IMG/VR virus record: IMGVR_UViG_3300021426_000063
Span: 64,001 to 128,000 of that record
DNA: 64,000 nt
Origin: a virus
Lineage: Duplodnaviria; Caudoviricetes
Strand: one strand, 5' to 3'
The notes under the pieces are model-generated. The model saw only the letters and a list, made by a program, of their open reading frames with translations, was not told where the DNA came from and did no database searches. Below, one piece after another: positions 10,246 to 21,003 of the stretch (position 1 is its first letter; every line of letters starts with the position of its first letter). Made by a program: the position numbers and the translations under genes.

Positions 10246-12048
10246 TTATTCTCTGATACTTGTTGCTTTTGTTGTGATGACATTCTTCAATCCAACCAGT
10301 TCCTTCAAATATGCAATCTCTCCAGCATATGTACTATCTGGATATATATAATATGTCAATGCACATATATCATCAAGAACCTTTACACCACAAATAATTT
10401 TAAGATACATAGGTGGTTTCTCATTACCATAACAACTCCAAAGAGCATCACCAAAGATAAGGAATACAGAATTCTTATCTTTTCTCCTAATCTCATTTAT
10501 CTCATGTGCAACATCCTCAAAGTTTTCAATTGCACCACCAGGATTCTGACTATCAATATAATCCCAAGTCTGTGAAAGTACTACTTCTTTACCTTTTGAT
10601 CTTAACATCTTACCATTTATCTTTCTTGGAAGAACAAGTCTTTCACCAAAACCATACACAACAACATCTGTATATGACAACTCCTGACACAAATCTATAA
10701 CCCTACCCAAGAAAGTATATACCAAATCCTTGTTTACAGAACCAGAAAAGTCAACAAAACAATAAATCTTCTGAATCTCACCATGACCATAAGTCCTGGT
10801 TGGAAGAACAGCACCTCTCCACAAATGGTTCTTGTGACCATATACAGTCTTGTTCTTGGCCTTTGTTGTATCTCCCTTCATTACAGATTTACCTTTAAGG
10901 AAGAGTTTCAAGAGTTCTTTCCATTCATCATTCTCTATCTTTGACTTCATTGCACTCTTCACAATGGTTTTAGACAATGCTGAACCACCTCTCTTCTCAC
11001 ATTTCTTTTCAAGACCATCAACAATATCCTTTTTGAGTTTATTCAACTCATCTTCAGACATATCTTCTGTTGTATCTGTATTCTTTGTATCTGTCATTTC
11101 TTTGATGTCTTCTTCTGATATACCTGCTCTCTCCATATCACTCTTGAGGTCTTCATCAGATATATCTCCTCTATGTTCACCAGCAAGTTTACCAGTACCA
11201 TCTTCACCCTCTTTGAGTTTATCCATTGCACTACCAAAACCACCTTCATCACCACTTTCAAGAGCATCCTTCAAATCAGACAACTTCTTATCTTTTTCAG
11301 ACATTGGTTTTCCTGGTGTTCCTGAACCAGAACTTCTTTCTGTTCCACCAGATTCAGAGCCAGATGATCCTGATGAACTACCAGATTCAGAACCAGATTC
11401 ACTACCAGGTTTTGATTCACCAGATGATGAACTCTCACCACTTGAACCTTTACTTGAATCACCACCAGTTTCTTTATCCTGTCTTAATTTATCAATTGCT
11501 TTCTCAATTGTATCTTTAAGTTTATCTTTTTCAGATTTATCTGAATCATCAGATGAACTACCACTACCACCAGATGGATCCATATCAGAAGTATCAAGGT
11601 CTGATGTATCTGCATCATCATCACCAAATTCATTATCCTGATAATCAAAATCATCAAAATCATCAGAATCACCAGACATATTGAGTTCAATTTCTTTCTT
11701 CAATTTCTCCAACTCATCATTGTCATCCCAAAGAACCTTGTTCTTCTTGAACTCCTTATCCTGCATCTTTCCTGATAATTTACCTTTCAAAACAGGATCC
11801 AGAAAATCATCTGGAAGATCCATATCATCAGTTGAAGATATTGAATCACCTCCACCACCTGCTGCTTGTAACTTATAGAAATACTTGGCAAACTTCTCCC
11901 ATGCCTTTTCAAGACCCTGTTTTTCTGTCTTCATTTCAGGATTGATAGGTATAGATTTGACAATCTCTTCTGCCTTTGATTCAGCAGATTCCTCTGATTC
12001 ATTGACAGACTTTAATATAGTATCCAATTGTTCAAATATGCTTATCAT
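10246..12048 (-). CDS. vWA-domain protein (DUF2201 C-terminal-like) with acidic Ser/Gly linker
   Basis: MIDAS motif VDFSGS and distal IFGD; long low-complexity region. Confidence 0.8.
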   Translation of the reverse strand: MISIFEQLDTILKSVNESEESAESKAEEIVKSIPINPEMKTEKQGLEKAWEKFAKYFYKLQAAGGGGDSISSTDDMDLPDDFLDPVLKGKLSGKMQDKEFKKNKVLWDDNDELEKLKKEIELNMSGDSDDFDDFDYQDNEFGDDDADTSDLDTSDMDPSGGSGSSSDDSDKSEKDKLKDTIEKAIDKLRQDKETGGDSSKGSSGESSSSGESKPGSESGSESGSSSGSSGSESGGTERSSGSGTPGKPMSEKDKKLSDLKDALESGDEGGFGSAMDKLKEGEDGTGKLAGEHRGDISDEDLKSDMERAGISEEDIKEMTDTKNTDTTEDMSEDELNKLKKDIVDGLEKKCEKRGGSALSKTIVKSAMKSKIENDEWKELLKLFLKGKSVMKGDTTKAKNKTVYGHKNHLWRGAVLPTRTYGHGEIQKIYCFVDFSGSVNKDLVYTFLGRVIDLCQELSYTDVVVYGFGERLVLPRKINGKMLRSKGKEVVLSQTWDYIDSQNPGGAIENFEDVAHEINEIRRKDKNSVFLIFGDALWSCYGNEKPPMYLKIICGVKVLDDICALTYYIYPDSTYAGEIAYLKELVGLKNVITTKATSIRE

Positions 12049-12069
12049 AATATATATTCAAATTTATTT

Positions 12070-14316
12070 TTATTCTACTGATTCCCATTCACCCATTTCA
12101 TAATCTGGATGTGCTTCAAGTTTCTCATTTAATTCATCAATATCCACATAATCATATGTGTCTTTATAGCAAACTTCAAAAACAGACTCTTGAAGTTCTT
12201 CAACTCTATATTCTGGGAAATCTTTTTCAAATCTCAAACCAAACTGTTCATAATTACTATCCTCTAATCCATCTGATATATCTGAAAGTTCAAGTATTGT
12301 TTCTGAATCCTCATTAATCCAAGCACTGTAATAGAGTTTACCTTCATATGGTTCTATTTTTCCTTCATCAAAATCTGAATCAGAACCATTAATAATATCT
12401 GTATAACTCATAGGTTTATCTTCATCAGTTGGAATATCTGTTATTCTTGTGTCACTTCCTTCTTCTTCACCGGTTATTTTAGAGAATAATTTCATACTCT
12501 CTTCATCAAGTGCCAATGGATTAATAACACCTTTATCTAACAAATATTTCAATACTACTTCTGGACCATCCTTTTTAAGGATTTCTGTGAGTTTCTTCAT
12601 CTCACTTATGTATGCTTCCTTGAATTCATCACCAACCTTCCATACCTTCTGTGTCTTCAATACCTTACCAATGATCCTCAATCTTTCTGCTGCCATCTTT
12701 ACAACAGAACCCTTCTCATCTTCATTGAGTTCTGGATTAAGAATATTTTCAAATGCTTTAAATACTGTTTCAAAGACACCATCAAGAAGTCTTTGCATAT
12801 CTTCCTCTGTCTTGTTGAGAATTGTTTCATTATCAATCAATGTAACCAAATCAGGAAGGAATGATTCTTTCAATTTCTTCAATGTCTCAACAACACCATC
12901 AATATCTTCTTTCTTCATATCCTTGAAGTAAAGTTCTGTCAATGGTTCAAGTTTATCAGCACATTCTCCCAATATTTCAACAGTCTCTGTTGAAATCAAA
13001 TCAATCTTATAAAGGTCAATGAAATTCTTGAATACAACAATCATTCTCCTGAGAGGATGTGCTTTTTTGAATTTCTCCTTTCTTTCTTCTGCTTTCTTTG
13101 CATCCCTTTCTTCTCTCTTCTTCTTCAACCTTTCCTTTTCAACATCATCTGAAATGATATCTTCAAGGTCATCCTTGGCCTTATCTATCAAGTCTTCTTT
13201 TTCCTCTTTTGTAAGACCTCCTTCCTTCATCTTCTCCATTGCTTTCTTCAATGACTCCCTTGCCTTTTCAGTATCACTTGTGACATCATCACTTGTTTTT
13301 CCAAACTTACTGGCAACTTCATCTGCATTTTCAGATATGTTATCCATCATCTTATCAATATCTCTCAATGTCTTATCCATTTCTTCTTCTGACATACCAG
13401 CAGGATTCTTATACAAATCTTCAACAACATCTTCAATATCCATCTTCAAACTACCAATATCTCCAAGTTTTGATTCAGCAAGTTCTTCAAGTTCATCCTG
13501 GATGGTCTTGTCACCTCTATTTTCCTTACCAAGAAGTTCATCAAGAGTCTTCTGGAGTTCCTTTCTTGCATATCTCTTTTCTTCATCTTCTGCATCTGGA
13601 TCCATCAATACTTTTGATGCCTTTTCAACAGCTTCAAGAATCTTCAATTCAATATCATCAAGAGAAAAACCATTTCTATCCAACCATTCCTTGTATTCTT
13701 TGTCACCAACCTTATCCATAATCTCCTCCCAGGTCATACCTGTATATTCTTTCTTATAGAGAAGATTCATCCTCTTGAAGAAACCAGCATCAACAATACC
13801 ATCTTCAACCATTGAAGCATTTACCTCATAGTCCATACAGATATTAGCTTTCATATTGGCTTTCTTTCTTGCACCTTCCAATCCACCAGTGAACATATCT
13901 TTTGGATACATCTCATTGAATCTCAATAAGTGATTGAAGAACACATGAAACATCTCATGGAACAGAATACCAAATACCCTGTTACTGTCCATCTTACAAT
14001 CATTATAAACATAATTGAGATTTATCCAGAGATTGTTCCTGTCATCAACACACATAGTGTCTGTAATGTCACTTGGCCAGACAGGAAGATACATAGGTTT
14101 GCACTTTGCCATAAACTGATAAAGATATGGATAATCTCTCATCATTTTATATATACCATCTGAACAAACCTTAAGAAGATCTGCTGATTTAACTTTTACA
14201 TATTCTTTTTTATTAAGATCATATATATCAATTTCACCCATTTTTTCAATGATATCTTCATTACCAACTTCTGGACTATAAGATTCATTCAAACGATTAT
14301 ACATCTGATTATACAT
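12070..14316 (-). CDS. Zincin-like metallopeptidase (DUF2201 N-terminal-like)
   Basis: TMCVD, LFHEMFH (HExxH), ANICMDYEVN; start moved to MYNQMY, downstream of the promoter. Confidence 0.85.
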   Translation of the reverse strand: MYNQMYNRLNESYSPEVGNEDIIEKMGEIDIYDLNKKEYVKVKSADLLKVCSDGIYKMMRDYPYLYQFMAKCKPMYLPVWPSDITDTMCVDDRNNLWINLNYVYNDCKMDSNRVFGILFHEMFHVFFNHLLRFNEMYPKDMFTGGLEGARKKANMKANICMDYEVNASMVEDGIVDAGFFKRMNLLYKKEYTGMTWEEIMDKVGDKEYKEWLDRNGFSLDDIELKILEAVEKASKVLMDPDAEDEEKRYARKELQKTLDELLGKENRGDKTIQDELEELAESKLGDIGSLKMDIEDVVEDLYKNPAGMSEEEMDKTLRDIDKMMDNISENADEVASKFGKTSDDVTSDTEKARESLKKAMEKMKEGGLTKEEKEDLIDKAKDDLEDIISDDVEKERLKKKREERDAKKAEERKEKFKKAHPLRRMIVVFKNFIDLYKIDLISTETVEILGECADKLEPLTELYFKDMKKEDIDGVVETLKKLKESFLPDLVTLIDNETILNKTEEDMQRLLDGVFETVFKAFENILNPELNEDEKGSVVKMAAERLRIIGKVLKTQKVWKVGDEFKEAYISEMKKLTEILKKDGPEVVLKYLLDKGVINPLALDEESMKLFSKITGEEEGSDTRITDIPTDEDKPMSYTDIINGSDSDFDEGKIEPYEGKLYYSAWINEDSETILELSDISDGLEDSNYEQFGLRFEKDFPEYRVEELQESVFEVCYKDTYDYVDIDELNEKLEAHPDYEMGEWESVE

Positions 14317-14401
14317 AAAACTGTAAATAAATAATATATTGTATTTATGAAACAAAAAGGAAGTGGATAACCACTTCCTTTCAATTTATATTTAAATTCT
14401 A

Positions 14402-17188
14402 TTAAGCAAAATCTGCTCTTTCAAAATGGAATCTTGCATCAGTTGCATCAAGATATTTCTTCAAAGATGTAAGTGCTTCTTTGTTCTTCATAACATCAAG
14501 GAACTTGATGATATTGATATGCATAATCTTAACAAAGTTATCCTTTGATTTTGAATAAGTTCTATCAAGATTATTGAACATATTCATAAGAACATCAACA
14601 CTTGGGATATTATCAGGTGAGTAAACAACCTTTACATAATTCTCAATTCTCTTACATACCTCTGAACATTTTGCATCAGAAGGAATTACATAATCTGGAT
14701 CCTCCAAAATCTTTTCTACATTCACAGATGTCTTTGCATGTGTTTCAAGGAACTTTACATACTTCTTTGACATTTCTGTACCAATGATAGCATCTGCTTT
14801 CAAACGGACTTCATCAGATGGAATATCTGTAACCTCTACATATCCATGGTTCTTCTTATAAAGATAGAGTTCATGCATAAGTGCTGACCAGGTACGAGGT
14901 GTTGGCCAACCAGATTTACCCTTTTCATATTCCTCTGGTCTTATGGTATGCCAGTTGGTGTATTCACCATTCTCATCCTTTTCAAACATAAGGAACTCAA
15001 GAGTTACATCATCAAAGTGACCCTTTGTTACAGCCCACTTCTTCCAATCATCAAATGAAGGGATGAAGTTATACTGACCACCAAGGAAACGAGTACCAAC
15101 CACAGCACCAGTTGCACTATAACCTCTTTCAACTTCAGCATCATCCTGTGGACGGTTAGAACAGCATATGATTGCCCACTTATCACCAAGAACAAACTCA
15201 TCATTGTAAGTTCTGTTAAGGAGAATCTGCATCAAAATCTTAAATATCATCTCATCTGCACGGAAGAACTCATCAAAGAGAAGGATACCTCCTTCTGTTG
15301 TTTCAGTAACAACCAAGCGACCCTTCTTCATACTCTTATCAACATGACCATTTGCAATATCATTAAGAATATCATTCTCTTCCTGACTTGCAGATACACG
15401 GTAACAAGGTAACCAGGTCTTTGGTGCTTCTGTTGAAACCTTATGGATATTACCTTTAATCTTTTCAACAATATCTGTTGATACACCAGACTTCATAATG
15501 ATTTCTTTTACTCTTGGTCTGTCATTAAGATAATCTTCAACAGTTTTATCAATAGGAATAGGAAGTGTAAAACCATCAACAGTAAGGTCACCACATTCAA
15601 CAACCATCAAAGCCTTCTGATGGAAAGCATCCTGATTACTGTTCCATTCTTTTATAACACTCTTTGGAATACTTGATTTACCAATACCAGGAGCACCCCA
15701 AATGAGAACTGATCCACCACCTTCATCTTCACCTTCCATATATGCAGGTACATTCTTGATGGCATCATTAAGAATCATTCCAAGTTGCTTTGAATTGATA
15801 TTTGGAATATCCCTCAATCCACCAGCTTCTCCACTGAAACCAACTCTCTTGAAGTTCTCTTCATTAACCATCTGAAGATAACCAGTGTTACCATACTTTT
15901 CATAGTGTTCATTAATCATACCCTTGAAGGTCTCATAGTTCCTGTATTCAAGACTATCTTTATCTATGATTCCATAATATTCAGGACTTTCAACAATGTT
16001 GGCATGCTTTTCAACACCATCAAGAAGTTCATTCTCAATGCCACAGAAAGCAGTTACACCAGGAACACTACCAGCCGCTGCTACATTCAATGCTGTATAA
16101 GAACTTACAGCAGGATACATTTCACCATTATCCTTGAAGAATGCAATTACATTACCAAACTTCAAAGCAATTGATTTGAAAAATCCTTTTATTTTATCAA
16201 GACCCTTATCAATGAAGTCTTTTACCTTTCCTTCATTAACAAAGGAATCAAAATCAAGTACATGATTCATATTATCCATATCTGTTGTATTTTTATTTTC
16301 TGAAACAGCCTCATCATCCTCTTCTGCCATAGACTTAAAGAGATCTCTTCTGTATTTTTTATTCATTGTCCTAGTCTCATCTTCTGTACCACCAATGATA
16401 GGGAGATCTGCCCTTACAGTCTTGGTTTCAAGAGTTCCATCTGGATTTCTGAACTTCTTTTCAATCCACTTTGGAGTCCATTTCTTCAATGACTGTGAGA
16501 ATGAACCAAACAAGAACATATTCTTGAAATCAGCACAAGATGATACATCCCAGTTACAAATGGAATCATTATTGAATGTTGATTTGTAAAACATTCCTTC
16601 CATTGTCTTTACTCTACCTGTATCCCAAGTACTCAAATCAATATTTGGTAAATCAGTAAATGCAAACAATGCTGCCATATTTGTAACAGAAGAAACATCC
16701 AATTTTCTCAAAATACCCTTATGAGTCATTTCATTGGTGTGCTCTTCCTCTACCATATCATAGAAATCATTGATGAATCCAAAGATATTGTACTTTGATA
16801 CCTTATTATCTGTGAGTTTAACAGCACCTGTGATTGTTCTCTTCTCTTCTGGTTCATCAGGATCAGTCTTTTCACCTTCCACATCATCATCTTCAACTTC
16901 ACCAGTAAGAGGTTCATCTTCAACATCTACTTCCTTTGCAAAATCTTCATCCCAGAAACCCTCATTGATTGCTTGAACCTTCAATCTGTTTCTTTCAATG
17001 GTTTCATTGATATGCTCAATGTTGTCATCTACGGATTTATTGATAAGTTCTTCATTCTCAACAAGCCACTTATCAAACTCATCTGCAATTTCATCATCAG
17101 ACATTGTAATATTACTCTCATTTAGAAGCTTTCTAAACTCTGCTTCCCACCTAATAACAGCAGGACATAGTAATTGTTCTATTGTCAT
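14402..17188 (-). CDS. MoxR-like AAA+ ATPase with DUF285/BspA-like repeats
   Basis: GAPGIGKS, LLFDEFFRA, SNR, PTPRTW; repeats LDVSSVTNM, WDTGRVKTM, WDVSSCADF. Confidence 0.85.
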   Translation of the reverse strand: MTIEQLLCPAVIRWEAEFRKLLNESNITMSDDEIADEFDKWLVENEELINKSVDDNIEHINETIERNRLKVQAINEGFWDEDFAKEVDVEDEPLTGEVEDDDVEGEKTDPDEPEEKRTITGAVKLTDNKVSKYNIFGFINDFYDMVEEEHTNEMTHKGILRKLDVSSVTNMAALFAFTDLPNIDLSTWDTGRVKTMEGMFYKSTFNNDSICNWDVSSCADFKNMFLFGSFSQSLKKWTPKWIEKKFRNPDGTLETKTVRADLPIIGGTEDETRTMNKKYRRDLFKSMAEEDDEAVSENKNTTDMDNMNHVLDFDSFVNEGKVKDFIDKGLDKIKGFFKSIALKFGNVIAFFKDNGEMYPAVSSYTALNVAAAGSVPGVTAFCGIENELLDGVEKHANIVESPEYYGIIDKDSLEYRNYETFKGMINEHYEKYGNTGYLQMVNEENFKRVGFSGEAGGLRDIPNINSKQLGMILNDAIKNVPAYMEGEDEGGGSVLIWGAPGIGKSSIPKSVIKEWNSNQDAFHQKALMVVECGDLTVDGFTLPIPIDKTVEDYLNDRPRVKEIIMKSGVSTDIVEKIKGNIHKVSTEAPKTWLPCYRVSASQEENDILNDIANGHVDKSMKKGRLVVTETTEGGILLFDEFFRADEMIFKILMQILLNRTYNDEFVLGDKWAIICCSNRPQDDAEVERGYSATGAVVGTRFLGGQYNFIPSFDDWKKWAVTKGHFDDVTLEFLMFEKDENGEYTNWHTIRPEEYEKGKSGWPTPRTWSALMHELYLYKKNHGYVEVTDIPSDEVRLKADAIIGTEMSKKYVKFLETHAKTSVNVEKILEDPDYVIPSDAKCSEVCKRIENYVKVVYSPDNIPSVDVLMNMFNNLDRTYSKSKDNFVKIMHINIIKFLDVMKNKEALTSLKKYLDATDARFHFERADFA

Positions 17189-17200
17189 AATCTATATAAT

Positions 17201-19192
17201 TTATTTTCTTGATAATTCTCTTCTAAGTTTCTTCTTCCAGAATTCACGACCTTCTGCACCATTCAATACATCATGGAACATACTCAATGTACGCCAGTTG
17301 ATTGACTGGTAGTTTGGATCAGCCAAGAGTTTTTCAACTTCCTCAATGAACTCTTCAACCATATCCCTTGGAATAGCACACTTATCATCTGGAATTGACT
17401 TATCTGCATATTCAGACAAAATCTTCTTCTTCATAACAGTCCAGATAGATTCTGCAAGAGGTGCAATATCATAGTTCTCAAAACGAGATGAAATAGCATC
17501 CCAGTTACCCTTACCCACTTCATTAACAAATACATCTCTTTCAGAATTGGAAATGATAATTACAACACCTCTGAATATGAACTCATTAGGCATTGCAGGT
17601 TGAGTATTTTCCTCTTCATCCTTCCAAGAGTCATCAATCTTTTGCATCCACAAATCAATCATCTCCTGGTCAGCATCCTCCTTACTTGCTACACCACCAG
17701 GTGCAGTTGGACTATAATAAAGACTATATTTCTTCATCTCTTTCTTATAGAAATCAGTCTTATCATCAGCAGACTTACGACCAATCTCTGTGAAGTACTG
17801 TTTCTGTCTGTCACCTTTAAGTCTTCTTACATTGTAAACCTTCAACTTTGACTCCTTACCAGGGAAACCAATCAAACAGTCTTCAATATCAGTCTGGAGA
17901 GCATTCTTCCACATAGAGATACGGTAATCACCATCAAAGAGGTTAGGTGAATCATCAAACACCAACATCTTACCATTATACTCATACATCAACTGATATA
18001 CAGAATCAGCGGTTGAACAACCAGAACCAGCCCAAACATAGTCCCTATTCAACACCATATTTTTCTCTTTAAGGATTTTCTTAAGTGTATGGGTCTTACC
18101 AATACCACCCTTACCAGTGAGGAGAACACCACGCCTTGACATAATTGATGTATCATTCTTATCAAGGACACCATTCTGATGAACATAATTACACATAGCA
18201 CTTATAACCAACTCCAATTCAGTAATAGTTGATTCATAGTTCTCTGTATCCTCCTCAATCTTGGCCTTCATTGCATCCTCTCTGGCCTTCATTCTCTTCT
18301 CGAGTTCTGCCTCTGCATCTGATACCTCATATGCAACACCAGCAGATGTTGAAATAGCTGGGCCTTCACCACTATAAGATTTAACAAGATTATCAAATAC
18401 ACCAGCATCAACAGCTTTCTGTACAGAACCTGGTACTCTACCACCAGATGCCAATGTCATAACACTATTGGCACAATCCATCATATATCTTGTCTGACCA
18501 TCTCTGGTTGCCAATGGACCACCAACAAATGCTTTAAGAATCCTTGTAGCCATAGGATCATTATCCTGTATTAACAAGAAATACTGTTCAACAGCATTCT
18601 TTAAACCATAATCACGGATAAATCCATATACATACTGTCTGTCATCATCTGACATCTTTTCAAAATTCCTTACATTCTTCTCAACATAACCAGCGCCAAT
18701 TCTACCAGCAAATGCCTCATCAATAGGTTCTGTGTTCTGTAAATCATAAACCAACTGATCAAGCATATCCTTGAAACCAAGTTTCTTTGTTGAATAGGTA
18801 ACTATTGCAACATTTTCCTTACCAACCTCAAAATCATCAAATATTGAAATTGATTTCTCATTTGTATCACGACAACATACAATATTTTTATGTCCACCCT
18901 TTTCAAAGAATCTTACACCTGGGACACCATTCAAATAAACAATATTATATCCAATACCAAAATCACCAATATTCTTCAATCTCTTTGAAACAATATTGGA
19001 AATTTTCAAAAGATATTTGTCTTCATAAACAGGTGTACCTATGATAACTTCTTCCTCAGGAAAATTTGGATCAATCTCTGGAATCTCCATTGTTTGCTTT
19101 TCAGGTTCCAATGCTACTTCAGTTGATTCTTTCAATGCCTTTTTCTTTTCAATAAATTCTTTGGCATCAAAATTTTTGAACTTATTTATCAT
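17201..19192 (-). CDS. AAA+ ATPase
   Basis: GKGGIGKT, LVFDD, IIISN, AISSR. Confidence 0.8.
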   Translation of the reverse strand: MINKFKNFDAKEFIEKKKALKESTEVALEPEKQTMEIPEIDPNFPEEEVIIGTPVYEDKYLLKISNIVSKRLKNIGDFGIGYNIVYLNGVPGVRFFEKGGHKNIVCCRDTNEKSISIFDDFEVGKENVAIVTYSTKKLGFKDMLDQLVYDLQNTEPIDEAFAGRIGAGYVEKNVRNFEKMSDDDRQYVYGFIRDYGLKNAVEQYFLLIQDNDPMATRILKAFVGGPLATRDGQTRYMMDCANSVMTLASGGRVPGSVQKAVDAGVFDNLVKSYSGEGPAISTSAGVAYEVSDAEAELEKRMKAREDAMKAKIEEDTENYESTITELELVISAMCNYVHQNGVLDKNDTSIMSRRGVLLTGKGGIGKTHTLKKILKEKNMVLNRDYVWAGSGCSTADSVYQLMYEYNGKMLVFDDSPNLFDGDYRISMWKNALQTDIEDCLIGFPGKESKLKVYNVRRLKGDRQKQYFTEIGRKSADDKTDFYKKEMKKYSLYYSPTAPGGVASKEDADQEMIDLWMQKIDDSWKDEEENTQPAMPNEFIFRGVVIIISNSERDVFVNEVGKGNWDAISSRFENYDIAPLAESIWTVMKKKILSEYADKSIPDDKCAIPRDMVEEFIEEVEKLLADPNYQSINWRTLSMFHDVLNGAEGREFWKKKLRRELSRK

Positions 19193-19236
19193 ATCTTATT
19201 TTTATACTTATATAATATATGTTATTTATGAAAGTG

Positions 19237-20079
19237 TCAATTTATGTACAATTTTTCATATACATTATCATTATCCATCTTCTGCTTAATCTGCCTGTAT
19301 CCCCAGTTTCTTGTATTGATATCAACACAGTTCTCATAACAATCACCCGGGACAATCAACATATCATCAACAGAATCAAAACTCAATGCATACTTTATAC
19401 CCCTTTCATTCATAAGTGCCAGTTTACCAAACAACTCATAATAATCAACCTTTCCAAAGTACTTTCCAGTACTCCTGGTCATCTCATAAGGAGGATCCAG
19501 GTAAGTAAAATCATCAAGGTTCATTGCATCCAACATCATCCTGTAATCACACCTCTTGAAAAGAACATTATGTTCATTGAGTAGTCTGCTCCATTCATCC
19601 AGAACTTTCTTTAATCTCTTTGGTTTGATGCCCTCTCTGGTGAGATGAAAAGTATTATTGAAGTTACCATACTTATTGTATCTTGGAATTCCATTAGTAC
19701 AAGTCCTCATCAAGAAGAAGAAACAATAAGGACTCCTGGTCTGGTTGAACTCTTCCCTGATCATCTCAAAGTATTTCCTCCTATCCTGAATATTTTCAAG
19801 TGCATGCATCTCTTCCCACATCCTGGTGTACTCATTAAAAAGACCTTCCGGGTCTCTCTTGACTGTATTCCATAAATCAATCAAGTCACCATTTATATCT
19901 GAACAGACACACCTGTTCACATAATGCTCTGATGACTTGAGTAGTTGGAAAAGAACTGAACATCCACCACAAAATGGTTCATAATATGTATCAATGAAAT
20001 TTGGGAAGTATTGAACAATATCCCCACTCTGAATCCTCTTGGATCCAATCCATTTTATTATTGGTTGAACATCTACCAT
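19237..20079 (-). CDS. dam: Dam-family DNA adenine methyltransferase
   Basis: KWIGSK, YYEPFCGG, SDIN, YLDPPY. Confidence 0.93.
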   Translation of the reverse strand: MVDVQPIIKWIGSKRIQSGDIVQYFPNFIDTYYEPFCGGCSVLFQLLKSSEHYVNRCVCSDINGDLIDLWNTVKRDPEGLFNEYTRMWEEMHALENIQDRRKYFEMIREEFNQTRSPYCFFFLMRTCTNGIPRYNKYGNFNNTFHLTREGIKPKRLKKVLDEWSRLLNEHNVLFKRCDYRMMLDAMNLDDFTYLDPPYEMTRSTGKYFGKVDYYELFGKLALMNERGIKYALSFDSVDDMLIVPGDCYENCVDINTRNWGYRQIKQKMDNDNVYEKLYIN

Positions 20080-20158
20080 ATACTAAAAAATAACAAAAAA
20101 AACCTCCCACCTACTTATTTATAGGTGGGAGGAAAAACAATAAGAATATGAACAACAA

Positions 20159-20950
20159 TTACTTCACATTACGAAATGAAGTCTTTTTATCAAAACCATG
20201 GGATTCCAGATGTTGTACATCAGTCCTGTTATCCACAATCACAGGTTCTTTGATGGAAAGAAGATAATCTGTGATGTTGTTCCAGACCTCTTCTGCCGGA
20301 ATCAATGAAGGAATCCAGGTACCTTCCATAATAGGATTCTCATCATAGTCACCATTCTTGTCTGGTGAAACATAGCCAACCTGTGCAATTGTCTCATAAT
20401 ATTCATCAGAACCTTGTTTGAATCGAAGATTACAAGGAACATCTAAGTAATTATAGGTCAGTTGACCAATAAGAATAGGTGCTTTGGATTTAGTCTTTGA
20501 CCTATCAAAAGTAAACTTCCTCATCAGTTCAGGAACAATCTTCACCTCTTTATCATTCTCATTCTGGAGTACCCTGTAAACCAGGAAAACATAAGCAACA
20601 GAACCAATGACAAGACCAAACCAACTATAAGTCACATTATAGGCATCTGGGAACTTTCCTGACTTTATAGGTTGATAACCTTTACCCCATTTCCTATATG
20701 CCCATCCCCCATTCTCATATCCATTATCCCAGTTTTGACCAGCATAAACACTGTTACTATTAGGATCTTTTCCATTTTTCCAAGTACAGAAGCATGGAGC
20801 ATAACCCATAGGATACCTATCTGTAAGGAGCATTGATGTCTTATTGACCAACCTGGTTGAGTTCCTACGGTCATAGGTGATGTAACCATCTATTCCAAGG
20901 ACACCTGCCAGGTAATCATAATAATCTTTCTTATTATCTATTATTCTCAT
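20159..20950 (-). CDS. Hypothetical phage protein (early)
   Basis: 263 aa; N-terminal KDYYD and C-terminal HGFDKKTSFR resemble a widespread phage family; host-type promoter upstream. Confidence 0.75.
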   Translation of the reverse strand: MRIIDNKKDYYDYLAGVLGIDGYITYDRRNSTRLVNKTSMLLTDRYPMGYAPCFCTWKNGKDPNSNSVYAGQNWDNGYENGGWAYRKWGKGYQPIKSGKFPDAYNVTYSWFGLVIGSVAYVFLVYRVLQNENDKEVKIVPELMRKFTFDRSKTKSKAPILIGQLTYNYLDVPCNLRFKQGSDEYYETIAQVGYVSPDKNGDYDENPIMEGTWIPSLIPAEEVWNNITDYLLSIKEPVIVDNRTDVQHLESHGFDKKTSFRNVK

Positions 20951-20969
20951 ATCTCAAAGTTTTACAATA

Positions 20970-21000
20970 CAAAGATAATAGATTTTTCTGACATTCCAAA
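20970..21000 (-). promoter_or_regulatory. Bacteroidota-type housekeeping promoter (early)
   Basis: TTTG-N19-TATCTTTG. Confidence 0.8.
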
Positions 21001-21003
21001 ATT

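Noticed and set aside
10850-13759. Long antisense ORFs (10850-11641, 12449-12931, 13019-13759)
   Set aside because: Ser/Leu/Phe-rich shadows of acidic and Lys-rich genes on the opposite strand
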